Assembly: GCA_951406725.2 (NCBI GenBank) | Contig: OX597819.1 | Coordinates: 30,876,001 to 30,940,000 of the forward strand | Length of the DNA stretch: 64,000 nucleotides | Reading direction: 5' to 3' | DNA from: Octopus vulgaris | Taxonomy: Eukaryota | In this document: in pieces, positions 49,512-63,779 of the stretch | Numbering within the stretch: the first letter of the stretch is position 1 | Layout: each line of letters opens with the position of its first letter | Made by a program: the position numbers and the translations under genes | Notes under the pieces: model-generated | The model's input: only the letters and a program-made list of their open reading frames with translations | Databases searched by the model: none | Told to the model about the DNA's origin: nothing

Positions 49512-50836
49512 GAGAAACACTGCTCTAGATGGAAGGGGGTGTTACTACCACCCTGGTGTTCAAATGATATTACCGACACACCACCCTGACACTGTACATA
49601 TTCTATCACTCTACCAATCTGATATTTTACCAACCCTACCAATACACCACCGTGATGCTCAAAAAAACCATTTCTACTAATCCACTCACATCTGACGCTC
49701 TACCGCTTCTACCACCCACCCCTTGATACGATATCAGTTCTATCAACCTTCAGCATTTTCAATGTATTTGTAGCATTTGTCGGGAGAATTACATAGCAAG
49801 AGGTAAGTTCCTGGACAGTTGAAACAAATAAAGACATGATTTCAATTACCAGTTGAAACCATTTCATTTATTATTGACCTTGGAAAAGGTATGAATTTCA
49901 AAACAACATACCATCTAAAAACAGACTAAAAAAAACCCCAACATTATCGAGGTATTAGTTTCAAATCTGATGAAAAATCATCCCATTTCATTAACCTGGA
50001 TTTTATGAAAATATACCAGCAATGTGATTATAAGTGTATGCATATATGAGTGTGTATGAACACATATAGTGTGTGCATGTGTGTGTCACATGATCAATTA
50101 AGTTTTGGGAGCAACACAGAGCATTTCATTTCCATGTAACATAACACAGAGGAAGTGAACATGATATAAACCTGTGAGGGCCAAGTTGGTAACGAATCAC
50201 AAGTTCTAATATGTTTGAAGGCTTTCTACTGAGTTTCTGATAAGATCCTCACTGTCTTAGTTCACCTAGCCAACTAGGAGGCATATATGTGGTCACTCGA
50301 CCTGCAAGAAATAGCAGCCAAATCTCCCTCAAATTTCACCTTACCAACTTCTGTAAAAAAAGGATAAGTTGGATGTAACACTGGATTCATTGTATATAGA
50401 AAAAGATGGAAAGGCCATGACTGGAATGCCTTTGATCATAGGTCTGCTCAGTTAAACCTGAGCCGGGCTAAACAACAACAATATAACTGTTGGTAAAAAA
50501 AAGTATTAGGTCTGGGAATGCTACCTATAAAATGATTAACATCCTATCCAGGAGGGGGAGCAATTTATCTTGCATCCACTTCGTGACATATATATGTGTG
50601 ATATAAATATACTTGGAGTAGCAAATGGAGTGAATAAAGTGAGATGAGGCAACAAACTTTTCAAAGAAAGGGGAAAAGAGAATGAGGGAAGATAGGAGAA
50701 GAGGACAACAAAGTATGAAATAGAAGCAAAGAAAAATAACAATAGTAAATAGTAACGAGCAAACTGATTAAGAAACAGTTGTAGGAAGTCTGACAAGCCT
50801 CTCAGAATAACAAGGCATGGTTATAATCTATAATAA

Positions 50837-51068
50837 AAGGCGGCGAGCTGGTAGAAACGTTAGCATGCCAGGCAAAATGCATAGTCGTATTTCGTCTGCC
50901 ATTACGTTCTGAGTTCAAGTTCCGCCGAGGTCGACTTTGCTTTTCATCCTTTCGGGGTCGATAAATTAAGTACCAGTTACACACTGGGGTCCATATAATC
51001 AACTTAATCCGTTTGTCTGCCCTTGTTTGTCCCCTCTGTGTTTAGCCCTTTGTGGGTAGTAAAGAAAT
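50837..51068 (+). mobile_element. SINE family C, full length
   Basis: aaggcggcgagctggtagaaacgttagc...; ataatctataat flanks both sides as a TSD. Confidence 0.9.
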
Positions 51069-51173
51069 ATATAATCTATAATAGTTGTTACCTGTGCAGC
51101 AAAACAAGCCCAGGTCCAAACAGATAGAAAATGAATCCCTAAACAACAATCCCTATGTTTAAAAAAACCCACA

Positions 51174-51626
51174 TCTTATATATATAAATGGCAATTGCTG
51201 TGTGCCTGTTATCATCTTGATGCCCAAACCAGGGAATCAATCTTCACCAAACTTTGTATACATGTTGAACTAACATCCAGATCAATTATAGGTTAATTTC
51301 TGTGTGCCTGTTATCATCTTGATGCCCAAACCAGGGAATCAATCTTCACCAAACTTTGTATACATGTTGAACTAACATCCAGTTCAATTATAGGTTAATT
51401 AGATTTCAATAAAAATCAATAATGGACCAACTACTGGGGTTAAGCTATTACATGGTAAAATGAAAGGGGTGCAAAAGGGTTAGGTTCAGGGAAATGTGGC
51501 ATAATGAGGGTGGATGATATCAGGGAAGAGGAGGAGAGAGGAAGAGATAGGCACACAGGGAATGTGAGAGACACAGAGGACGACAGACAGGGACATCTTC
51601 CATATATATAAAAGAGAGTTTGTGTG

Positions 51627-51671
<45 letters not shown>

Positions 51672-51933
51672 GTGTGTGCGTATCTTCCTTATGCATTCAA
51701 AAACTGAGTTGCCGATTTTGATGTATGGAGTATCAAAAGATTCAGTAATCTTACAGCTGCCAAATAAACTTTATTTACATATTTGCATTACAAAAATTTT
51801 ACATTATAATCTTTTCTATAAGTCAACTATTGTAAACATTTTATACGACGATGACGACGTCACATTTTCTATGAGTGTATATCTTAAAAGACATCCATTT
51901 TACCATATCTTATGATGAAATAGTCACTCACAC

Positions 51934-51964
<31 letters not shown>

Positions 51965-52730
51965 TGCACACACAAATGTATACAAAAAAGATGTATGCAT
52001 ATGTATTTATGTATGTGTATATGAAAGATGTGTGTGGTGAGACAGAGAGACCAAGTGGGTGCCACTTACACATACATGACAACACACACCTTCACTCACT
52101 CTCTCTCTCTCCCATGCACACATACACCCAAACGTCCATTTCATATACACATACATCTTTCACTTTCTCCTCTCTTTTACTTTCTGCTCTCACTTCAAAG
52201 CAAATGTCATGGTTTCACTTTCTCTTCTCTTTCAATTTCTACTCTCTTCAAAACAAAGAAATAACAAAAATTTTATGGAAATTTACAAATACATTCGAAA
52301 ACTGAGTTGCCAATTTTGACATATGGGGTATCAAAAGATTCAGTAATCTTTCGGCTAACAAATAAACTTTATTCTACACATGAGTGAAACATCAAACTAA
52401 AGTGAAACATGGGGTGTTTTTAGCTTTTTGAAAGCGGGTAGGTGATGGGTGGGTGAGGTGGGGGGAAGAGGTATTGAGTGTTTCTTGAAGAAAAATTAAA
52501 CTTCAAAAAACAGTATATATTTTCCAAATTCATAATCTCTGTATTTTTCTATATGGATAAAAAAAAAAAAAAATTGGAAGAAACTGCAGTGAGGATGGGG
52601 AGGCAGACTATAATTTTGAAAACGTGATTTCTGGACAAAATCATATTAAACCCCTTTTATACAATGAAACAATACATAGTTTGTGATCCTTCTTAAGAAC
52701 AGAAAACACTTTCATGCAAACCCATGCAAA
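51174..52730 (+). mobile_element. Helitron-like relics with internal duplications
   Basis: 5' ends atcttatatatataaatgg (51173) and atcttccatatatataaaag (51596); 103-bp tandem duplication at 51197-51400; about 80 bp repeated at 51694 and 52292. Confidence 0.5.
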
Positions 52731-53151
52731 TTGTACCCTCCCGACCTTCACTTTTAAATAAACAATAAACTTCCATTATACCAGTAATCTAGTTCTCTAT
52801 ATATCACCTGTGCTGATTCTGTCCATAAGAAAGGAACAAATAATACAATATGGCTGTAGATCGTAACACCCAGGAAATGCCAGGATGCTTTTCTAGTTAA
52901 TTTATAAATTAACAAGTCATGGTGGTGGGACACACATCTGACGAAGAAAACGACTGTGACAAATCTGAATATATAAACGCTTGTACAATAGAGTAACATT
53001 TAGTGCAATGTTACTTCAGTAAAGAATGACACGAAGTAATATACAAAGACAGACTGATACTTATAGACCGGCAGACAGTGGAGGTACAATTTACTAACAA
53101 ACAGAAGACTACCCATAAATTGGGATTTCATACATAGAAAAACATATACAT

Positions 53152-53547
53152 AGGCGTAGGAGTGGCTGTGTGGTAAGTAGCTTGCTTACCAACCACATGG
53201 TTCTGGGTTCAGTCCCACTGCGTGGCACCTTGGGCAACTGTCTTCCGCTATGGCGTCGGGCCGACCAAAGCCTTGTGAGTGGATTTGATAGACGGAAACT
53301 TAAAAAGAACCCCGTCGTATATATATATATATGTATATATAGGTATGTGTGTGTGTATGTCTGTGTCTCTGTGTTTGTCCCCCAACATCGCTTGACAACT
53401 GATGCTGTTGTGTTTACATCCCCGTAACTTAGTGGTTCGGCAAAAAAGACCAATAGAATAAGTACTAGGCTTACAAAGAATAAGTCCTGGGGTCGATTTG
53501 GTGCTCCAGCATGGCCACAGTCATATGACTGAAACAAGTAAAAGAGT
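53152..53547 (+). mobile_element. SINE family A
   Basis: Family A motifs. Confidence 0.9.
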
Positions 53548-53624
53548 ATATTCAGTATCTCTGTTTTAAGTCTAACCACACTATTTATCTATGTAACTAT
53601 AATAAAAAAAAAAACTCTACTCCA

Positions 53625-53981
53625 TCTGTCACAAATGATCATGGGTACACCTAAGAGGTTCCCTTCCAGGGTACAAGTCTAGGTGGAAAGTCACCTCACC
53701 GGTGAACACACAACCTAGGGTTGTTTTTATGGAAGACCAGCAGTCGCCCATGCATACCAACCTCCCCTCTCCACACCACCGATGTTATCCAAAAGAATGG
53801 CAAAGGCTGATACAGATTGGCACCAGTAATGCCGCAACTCAGTTCTACAGCTGAGTGAACTAGAGCAATGTGAAAAATAAAGTGTCTTGCTCAAGAACAC
53901 AATACACAGCCCAGTCCAGGAATCGAACTCACAACCTCACGATCATAAGCTTGATGCTCTAACCACTAAGCCATGCACCTT
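53625..53981 (-). mobile_element. SINE family D
   Basis: Collinear with 10950-11290. Confidence 0.8.
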
Positions 53982-54393
53982 TACTATGTAACTATAAGGA
54001 TCAGAATAAACTTGCCTGGGGAAAGGTTATGAAACTAAAAGGACTTATGGTTAACCAGTAAAATTCAAACCAGCAACAAAACTTCCAATCAACAGTTTTC
54101 ACTGTCATCTTTTCGTTGGTATTTTGCTATCAACCACATCCATCTGAACCAATGTACTATCCACATGTAAACAAGAAGTTTGAAAAACACCAAGGTACAA
54201 CTACACATTATAAGCATGTGTGTGTGTGTGCGCATGTGTGTACACACAGACACACACACGTGGGCATATAGATGCAAGACAAGGTAGAAAAAAAAAGTAT
54301 TTGAATACTAAAAGTAGAGTAAATTAGTGTTTATTGAAGTTGAAAAGATTTCCACATTTCAACTGTTACCTAAGTGCTCACATGTGTGTATAT

Positions 54394-54761
54394 ATAATAA
54401 TAATAATGAAATTGTTGTATACAGTGCTCATGTGCACCACAACTTGTCAAAAGTGCATATAAAGTATATGCAGTAATGTACAAATGTCTGGAAAGCGAAC
54501 AGTGTATGAGTCAGATACATGCTTGCGTATGTATGGAGGGGGGAAAAATCAGGTGTAGTGTTGGTGAATCTCAGGAAGCATGGAAGTTTTGAAGGATGCA
54601 GTGCTCTGACAACTAACAACTGATGCCAGCAGTTTGTTCCATGCTTCAGCAACTCTTAGCGTGAAAAAATGTTTCCGAAAGTCATGGGAGCTGTGCTGTT
54701 TTCTGACTTTGTAAACATGTCCACGAGTGTTGGACAGGTGGAGTTTGAAAAGGTGCTCCAT
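54394..54761 (-). mobile_element. CR1-like LINE 3' end (ORF2 C-terminus, 3' UTR, (TTA)n tail)
   Basis: NTRGHVYKVRKQHSSHDFRKHFFTLRVAEAWNKLLASVVSCQSTASFK matches the CR1 pattern TRGH..K...FF..RV...WN.LP..VV....FK. Confidence 0.85.
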
Positions 54762-55894
54762 TTATAACTTTAAGCACTATTCTACAAGAGAACAAAAAGA
54801 AGTAACAGCTGAAAATGGCAGCCTTTCCTACTTCAGTAAAATTTAGAGAAACTTGCACAGGCATGGCTGTTCAGTTTACAACCACATGGTTTTGGGGTTT
54901 GATCCCACCATGTGGTACTTTCAACAAATGTCTTCTAAATTACACTGAAGGTAACCAATGTAATTTTAGTAAAATTTGTTAGGTGGAGACTGTATGGAAA
55001 AACCAGTGTGTGCGTGTGTGTGTGTGTGAGAGAGAGAGAGCGTGCACACATTCACACTACTTGGGCAGTGGTGGCATCATTTAATGTCTTAAACAAAAAA
55101 TCTGGCAACTTAGTAGTTTGATATGCATAAACATGGAATGGAGATATCTTACTTGTAAGCAATTAAGAATGCTGCTTCAAGAAGTGTCATCCAATACAAG
55201 TGAGTATAGATAAAGCAGAAATAAAAACAATGACGCCGATGATGACAATGACAATGTGTATGTGTGTGTGTGTGTGTATGTGTGTGTGTGTGTGTGTGTG
55301 TGAATATATATATATATATCAGTGTGTGAGAAGACACTGGCATAAGCATAGAATAGATATGCAAAATATTTGTGCTCAGTCTGATCAAGTTCTTAATTAA
55401 ACTCCAACTTCTTAATCAGGGTAAAACAGACCAGCACAAAAGCAAAAGTTGACAATAAGAAATACGCAGGTCAAGGCTATGTATATAATACACACACACA
55501 CACACATGTACATATATGTATCCATATATGTGTCTATGTGTGTGTGTGTGTGTATGACAAACTGCGAATTTAATAAAAAATATCAGATAAAGTGAAAATT
55601 TCACCCTTAATCAGCTCTCATTGTTTTTCTCTCAATATAGAGCAGACGTTTTATCATCATTATCATCACATGATAACACCAGTTGTCAGTTTAAGCGGCA
55701 TCAGAATTAAAATCAATAAGTGATAAATCAATATTAATTTGAAATTTTTCAGTAGTAAACATTTCATTTTATGTTTCACAAAATGGCTGTACAGATGCAA
55801 TCCTACTGGATTCAGAGCAACACCATATGGTTCGTGTTGAGGGGGGGGGGACATCAACTCAATTTCAAGACTAACTATTGTAGATATGTCTAAT

Positions 55895-55933
<39 letters not shown>

Positions 55934-56014
55934 TATATATATAGAGAGAGTGACAGACAGAGAAACAAAGAGAGGTGTACATATAGATATAGAAACAATA
56001 TTTGTTTCAAGGTT

Positions 56015-56365
56015 ATCATCATCATCATTGTCACTTAACGTCTGCTTTCCATGCTGGAATGTTTTGGACGTTTTGACTGAGGACTGGCAAGCCAGAAGGC
56101 TGCACCAGGCTCCAATCTGATCTGGCAAAGTTTCTACAGCTGAATACCCTTCCTAACACCAGCCATTCTGAGAGTGTAGTGGGTGCTTTTACATGCCACC
56201 GACACGAGGGCCAGTCAGGTGGTACTGGCAACGTTCACACTCAAAAGGTGTTTTTTACGTATCACCTGCACGGGAGCTAGTCCAACAGCACTTGCAATGA
56301 CCACCCTCAAATGTTGTTTTTCATGTACCACCGGCACATGTGCCAGTAAGGCGACACTGGCAACG
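56015..56365 (-). mobile_element. RTE 3' UTR fragment
   Basis: Same family as 19721-20452. Confidence 0.8.
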
Positions 56366-56668
56366 AAGGTGTGGGCCCGTAAGACCCTGGAATGAGGGAC
56401 AGCAGCATCATGTACCTGAAAAGAAAGCTCACATTTGGCAGAATTCATATACAAACCATAGCCTTCAACCTGCATACACTACACCATTTTTATGCACTAC
56501 ATGATCATTATCTTACATAGGAGGTAAACCCTGAGTAGGGGTGGGGATGGCGTTAAGCCTTTAGAAGTGTTCATGGGAGACAACCAAAAGATGTCAGAGG
56601 ATAGGGACTTCCGGTACAGTTGTTGGGGGAGGGAGCAGGCATACCATGAAATAGCAGAATTAGAGAAG

Positions 56669-57277
56669 AACATCTTCTGGATTTGTATTCTTTTGGCGGA
56701 GTTATTAAAATGAAGTAGCAGAACCCGAGTGAGCTAGTTATATAGGGTGGGGTGGTAGAGAAGCAAGTGGTTATCGAAACAGAGAGAGAGAGAGAGAGGG
56801 ACCAGGGTTAGGCTGGTCGAGGATAGAACATGAGGGAGAAAAACATTCTTTTGGGATTTTGAGTAGCATAATTTAATGAAACAGCAAATGCTGATAACAG
56901 TGAAATAGAATTGAAAAATCTTAGAATTTTCAGTCAGCCAAAAACTGAAGTGACGATGTGACAAAATTAAATAAATGAATAAGTGACGATAGTAAATGCA
57001 CGTGAAAGGAAATTAAGTTTGTTTTTAAAACATAACAGTGTGGAATACAAAATTATGTTTAAATTATGTATTACATAGGTAATGAAATAGATAGAATAAT
57101 GCAAAGAACTAATAAGGAGATTATTGTCTGCACAGAGAGGTGTTAGATGTACGAAGTTGAAAAACGAAACAAGATTTCTTACTTGAACATCTTCTGGATT
57201 TGCATTCTTTTGATGGAGTTATTAAAATGAAGTAGCAGAATCCAAGTGAGCTAGTTTATATAGGGTGGGGTGGTGGA
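56669..57277. repeat. Direct repeat pair of about 90 bp (56669-56757 and 57186-57277)
   Basis: aacatcttctggatttgYattcttttg...gagctagtt(t)atatagggtggggtggt occurs twice. Confidence 0.8.
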
Positions 57278-57421
57278 GGAAGGGGAAGTGTTGGAAAAAG
57301 AATTATTCAATATTTTTTGTATAGTATACCTTTATTATACTTTTAGAGGAAGGATGGTGACAGTGACTCTAAAGTTTTGCCCTGCTAATTTTCATTGGAC
57401 AGTCCAATGAAGGCTAGCAAG

Positions 57422-57579
57422 CAGGGCTGTCTTAACAGCATTATAGGACCTGGACAAATCAGTGCACTGGGCCCTAGAGTATATATTTATTGACAGTATA
57501 CATAGATCAGAATTAGGCCCCTGAACTCACGCAACCTCTGGGCAACTTACCAGTGTGTCCATGCCCTAAGATGGCACTG
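57422..57579. mobile_element. hAT-type MITE with perfect 8-bp TSD
   Basis: ctagcaag|CAGGGCTGTCTTA...TAAGATGGCACTG|ctagcaag. Confidence 0.88.
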
Positions 57580-59039
57580 CTAGCAAGTCGAAATTTCAAA
57601 TTTACTACCACAATCTTGTAAAACAGACACACTCACATAAATACATTCTTATATGCACTATAAATGTTAAATACATGCATATTCTTATATACATAATAAA
57701 TATTAAAAGTTGTAACACATATATATGTTATATATATCATAACATTTAACATTTATGATACATAATACACACACACAGACACACACAATCATCATCATCA
57801 TCATAATTATTATTATTGTTATTGAGTTCTTCAATTTTGTTTTCATTTCTTGATGAGTGTCTTCACAACACCTAGGGTATTATTATTATTATTGTTATTA
57901 TCATTATTATTATTATTTCTGTATAGTAATATTCTTAATGTTCTATTCTTGATATTCTCAAACAAGTGTGTAAATGAAATGTAATGTTTTACTTCTTGGT
58001 TTCATAGGTTTCTGTCAATGTTTGATAAGTTTTATCTGCATAAGATGATAGCAAGAAATGTTATAATTAACCATTTTAGAAATCTTGTTATGGATAGAAC
58101 AATACAAGTATATTAATGTCTGTATGGAAGTTATGGCTCAAGAATATAAAGAGAGAACAAAGTTGTGATGCAAATGAATTGTCTTCTACAACACAAATTT
58201 TAGTGAACCAAGACATAAAAAAAACAAAGTGTCTGTCTGGTGGAGAATGCATCTAATCAGAGATGAATGGTAAGAGAGATCAGACTAAAAAACTGTGAAT
58301 GTAGGGCTGAGAGAGAGAGACAGCTTCCATTTGGAAATGGCAAATCCTTGGTTAGAAAACTTATAGTAGTCAATTTTGAATAAAGAAACATGCATAGACA
58401 TACATATATGTGTGTATGTATGTGTATATATATATATATATATAACAAAATAATAAATAAAACATATGCATATATACATATATGTACGTACCTACATCTA
58501 TATGTATATATACATGCATATATGGGTACAAGACACCAAAAAAACAAACACAATGAGAAACGAAAACATAAAAACAAAACCATGGAAATAGACAATTTTT
58601 TTTAAACAACGTAAAAACAGAGTACAAGACATACAACACAAGGAAAATTCCCCTTCTTCAGCCGCCTCTACTTCGTCTACTCTGTGTTTTGAAGGTAAAG
58701 GCAAGACACGACTTCGTTGAAACAGTCCTTCCCGCAAAGCAAATTAAATAAAATTTGTGATTTTTTTTCGCGTAGGGATAAAAGTGGTAACAAAACAGGA
58801 CAGTAAAAACAGGAATTTCATTTAGGCATTGCAATACTAAAAACCTAGTGTAGAACTCAATATATAATGCTTCAGTATGAAGCATTAGTTGAATATACAG
58901 TGGTGATAAGAAAATGAGAACACAAAGGAATAATCGATTATCTTATGAATTCCATTAGTTCAAAAGATAATTGATTATTCATTTGTCTTCACATTGGGAA
59001 ATGAGTGGGACAGAGAATGTGGCTATACAGATATACTCT

Positions 59040-59462
59040 CTCTTTACTCTTTTACTTGTTTCAGTCATTTGACTGCGGCCATGCTGGAGCACCGCCTTTC
59101 GTCGAGCAAATCGATCCCAGGACTTATTCATTATAAGCCTAGTACTTATTTTATCAGGCTCCTTTTACCGAACCGCTAAGTTACGGGGACGTAAACACAT
59201 TAGCATTGGTTGTCAAGCGATGTTGGGGGGGGGGGGGGCAAACAGACACACAAACATATACACACACATACACATATATATATATATACACATATATACG
59301 ACGGGCTTCTTTCCGCTTCCGTCTACCAAATCCACTCACAAGGCTTTGGTTGGCCCGAGGCTATAGTAGAAGGCACTTGCCCAAGGTGCCACGCAGTGGG
59401 ACTGAACCCGGAACCATGTGGCTTGTAAGCAAGCAACTTACCACACATCCACTCCTATGCCT
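59040..59462 (-). mobile_element. SINE family A
   Basis: Family A motifs. Confidence 0.9.
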
Positions 59463-59953
59463 ATGTATGTATATAACTATGTATATACACATCCTGCGAA
59501 TGACTTTAAACTACATCCGGTAATGGGACACTGGTTCTTGAGTTCCAGGGTTTTGAGGGATGTTGAATTCTCCTCTTGGCCACTATTGTTCCAGGGTCTA
59601 TTTTGACCCAGAGTAACAACTCCTGTCATGGTCCCAGCTATGGGTTAATTAGCAGGTTATGGATGAAATTCCAAGCACAAATCCCGAGTGCCTTGAGAAA
59701 GGAAAAGACAAGGGGAGTCAAACTCAATAGCAAATCAAGAAGTGGAGTCCTTAGGCAGTCCAGTGTCCACATTGACACCCTTCCAGTAACCCTATGGTAG
59801 GTGTAGCTCTCCAGCCCTGTAAGGCAATTCAGCTACAATAAGGCCATGCCAATGTATGGCTTGCTGGTCACTGTAGCTGTCTTAGCAGGCTGAGCTAGTA
59901 TGGTCAGATCTTCAAGTCTGGGACTGGATTGCATGGACTAACTCTTGCATTAA

Positions 59954-60118
59954 CCCTTTAGCATTCAAATTACTTTGTCAATTAATTAGTCATTCATTAT
60001 CTTGTAGCTTTGAGATTTCAATGATATGATTTCTTATTTTTACAATGACATTGCCAGCTGGAACATAAAACAGGACGATAATCTTATGCCAGATATTGCC
60101 AGTTTAAATGCTAAAGAG
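59954..60118. mobile_element. piggyBac-type MITE
   Basis: TTAA|CCCTTTAGCATT...AATGCTAAAGAG|TTAA. Confidence 0.8.
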
Positions 60119-60431
60119 TTAAAACTACTAAGCACAGGCAAGAAGAAAAGTCTTGCAGTGTCACGGATCAGTTTACAAAGCCATTCAAGGGCAAGCTATT
60201 CTCTCCTCATGATCTTCAGACATGAAGAAACTGCCATCATCATCATCATCATACACATGTATTGAGGGACATGGTCTTGTGCTAGGTGATGAGAGATTAA
60301 ATTAAGATAGAGAGACAGAAGTAGGTGTCTTACTGTAGAGGAGATACATAGCTACCCCAATTGCAGATGAGAGAGAGAGAGAATACAGTGGTGAAGTATT
60401 GGGATGTACCCTTAAGGTACAGGGAGGTGAA

Positions 60432-60505
60432 TATAAGGAAAGCAGTCCAGAGAATACGACAGGGTAAATGGATAGGGAGTTCATAACCATATGAAAAGGT
60501 GAGAT

Positions 60506-60542
<37 letters not shown>

Positions 60543-60908
60543 TCTTTTACTTGTTTCAGTCATTTGACTGCGGCCATGCTGGAGCACCGCCTTTAATCAA
60601 GCAACTCGACCCCAGGACTTATTCTTTTGCCGAACCGCTAAGTAACGGGGACATAAACACACCAGCATCGGTTGTCAAGCAATGGTAGTGGGGGACAAAC
60701 ACAGACACACAAACACACACATATATATATATATATATACATATATACGACAGGCTTCTTTCAGTTTCCATCTACCAAATCCACTCACAAGGCTTTGGAC
60801 GGCCAGAGGCTATAGTAGAAGATACTTGCCCAAGGTGCCACGCAGTGGGACTGAACCCAGAACCATGTGGTTGGTAAACAAGCTACTTACCACACAGCCA
60901 CTCCTGCG

Positions 60909-60945
<37 letters not shown>

Positions 60946-61015
60946 TTTCACCTTTTCATATGCGTATGAACTCCCTACCCATTCACCCTGTCCAATCCTC
61001 TGGACTGCTTTCCTT

Positions 61016-61017
<2 letters not shown>
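60432..61017. mobile_element. Foldback element (arms of about 77 bp) whose central (TA)n holds a SINE A (60540-60911, minus)
   Basis: tataaggaaagcagtccagag...gaaaaggtgagattat versus ataatttcaccttttc...ctctggactgctttccttata. Confidence 0.8.
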
Positions 61018-61051
<34 letters not shown>

Positions 61052-61052
61052 A

Positions 61053-61085
<33 letters not shown>

Positions 61086-61719
61086 GTGAAAACTGCAGAC
61101 AAAAGAGCTGGAAGGAATTGGATGCAGTGATTTTATTCAGTCAAAAATTCAGTTTTCAACCTTAAAATATGTGAAAGAGCATAGTATTTGGAGCAGTGTC
61201 GTGCGTGAGGTTTTATGGAAAGGTGGCACACCTGCAGAAATGAGAATTCATGACGCAGGTGTATGATGTAAGATCACAGGTAAATAGGTAAGAGACTCTA
61301 AATGCTTTCTGAAGTTGTGTAAGAGATGAGAAGGGGAGGAGTTATTGTGTTAGTTGAAGAGGCATGGAAATAAATTATTTTTACACAATTGTATGAATGC
61401 ATAACCATGAATAAGCAAAAATGTGTATGTATATATATATATATGTGTATATGTGTGTGCATGAACATATGTGTGTGTGTATGTGTATGTATATATATTT
61501 GTGTAGGTGTCTGTATGGAAATTGGGATTGACATACATACATACGTATCACGATTTAACACTTTTTCATGTTTGTATGGGTCAGAGAGTAAACTTAAGGC
61601 TGATCTTCTACAGCTGGATGCCTTTCCTAATGCTAACTATTTTCAGGTGCTTTTTATGTGACACCAGCAGGAGTGACATAACACTGGCTATGAGTGCTTT
61701 TTACATGGTGCTAGCATGA

Positions 61720-61734
61720 TATGTATATGTACAT

Positions 61735-61775
<41 letters not shown>

Positions 61776-61884
61776 AATAAATTTCTATAAATATATATAA
61801 ATATATACATATATACATATATAAATATCATCATCATCATTTAACGTCCGTTTTCCATGCTAGCATGGGTATAAATATATCCAC

Positions 61885-61918
<34 letters not shown>

Positions 61919-62057
61919 ATATATATAAATATAAATATATACACATATAAATATATACATATATATACGTATAAATATATATATACACATATAAATATAT
62001 ATATATATATGTACATACATATATATATATGTATATATGTACATATATATCTACATA

Positions 62058-62119
<62 letters not shown>

Positions 62120-62512
62120 CATATATATACGTATAAATATATATATACACATATAAATATATATATATATATGTACATACATATATATATATGTATATAT
62201 GTACATATATATCTACATATATATATATATATATATATACATATATATATGTATATATATACATATATATCTACATATATATATATATATATATACATAT
62301 ATATCTATACATATATATCTACATAGATATATATATATATACATATATATATATACATATATATCTACACATATATATCTACACATATATATATATACAT
62401 ATATATACGTATAAATATATATATACACATACATATACACATACATATAAACATATATATACATATATATATATGTATACATATATACATACATATACAT
62501 ACATACATATAC

Positions 62513-62543
<31 letters not shown>

Positions 62544-62562
62544 ATATACATATAAACATACA
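61720..62562. repeat. Large TA-rich compound microsatellite with a higher-order duplication of about 162 bp
   Basis: Landmarks tacgt and ctacat each recur 162 bp apart. Confidence 0.85.
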
Positions 62563-62564
62563 CA

Positions 62565-63270
62565 TCTCTTATGATAAAAGGCAGATTTTCTCTGCCTGTT
62601 CCTATGTTCCTTTTTAATACAATTCTACAATATAGAATTTCTTCAATTAGAATTTACCTATGATTTTTCAAAGTAGATTCGATTGGGTCATGGCTTATAA
62701 AGTTTTTTCAATTTGACCCCCAATTAAGCAAAAATTTGAGAAAAGTAAATATTTTACGATTTGCCTCTCTAATTTCAACTGCTTCACTCCTACTATTACC
62801 ATACTTTCTCCTACTTTCTCTTTGCAAGTGTACCTTAAACCACTACTCAAAAAAAATACAGAGCAAACAGAAACAAATAAATACATAACGATTTACTCCT
62901 CACACAATTTCTTCAATTGGAATTTACCTATGATTTTTCGAAGTACATTCCACTTGGTCATGGCATATAAATTTCTTTCAATTTGACCCCCAATTAAGCA
63001 AAAATTTGAAAAAGCTCAATATTTTACGATTTCCCTCTCTCACTTCAAAGGCTTTACTCCGCCTATTAGCACACTTTCTCTTTACACACATAGACACGCA
63101 AACATATACATATATGACAGTATCAATTGTTGAAAGAAAATTATAAGCTAAGAAGGTGTGTGTGTGTGTGTGCGCATGTGTGTGTGTGAGTGTGTGTGTG
63201 TGTGTGTGGCTGTGTGTGTGAGAGTGTGTGTGTGTGTAGGAAGTGAAGGATAAAAATATAGCAAGAAGTG
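62565..63270 (+). mobile_element. Helitron-like relic with internal direct repeats
   Basis: 5' atctcttatgataaaaggcagatttt, also inverted at about 41145-41179; 62634-62820 repeated at 62905-63080. Confidence 0.5.
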
Positions 63271-63343
63271 GACAGATGTACATAAATACATACATACATG
63301 TGTGTGTGTGTGTGTATGTATGTGTATTAATGTGTGTGTGTTA

Positions 63344-63731
63344 TCTCTCTATATATAAAGCTGAAGTTGTCTATGTGCGCCAGGTTTGGTAGCCTTCAAC
63401 TAACACTATCTCCTCCGAGACCCTGCGGCACAAGTTGATCAAAATTGAGAGTATAATAGAAGGGTTGCTCTTCCTTCCGTAGAAGATAAAATTCAAATCG
63501 CACCATGTTAACACCAAAAATTATTTATATCAAAAAGGTGCTTTTTTCTATGAAAATCCCTATTTTTTACGATTTTTTCACTGCTGTGTCGCCACTTTTC
63601 GGTGTATTTCAACCAGATAAATGTTCACTTGAAGAGAATAACAAGCTACATAATGCAAAATTTTTACTTTTCAAAAATTCCAATTCCAGCGGGTCGAAAC
63701 AAACCCGAGCAACGGCGGGCGATACTGCTAG
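63344..63731 (+). mobile_element. Complete non-autonomous Helitron
   Basis: A|TC 5' end; imperfect hairpin cccgagcaacggcggg followed by CTAG|T. Confidence 0.8.
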
Positions 63732-63748
63732 TATATATATAAGTATAC

Positions 63749-63779
<31 letters not shown>

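Noticed and set aside
56423-56459. 37-nt minus candidate exon VEGYGLYMNSAK
   Set aside because: Weak polypyrimidine tract and too short to tell from chance.
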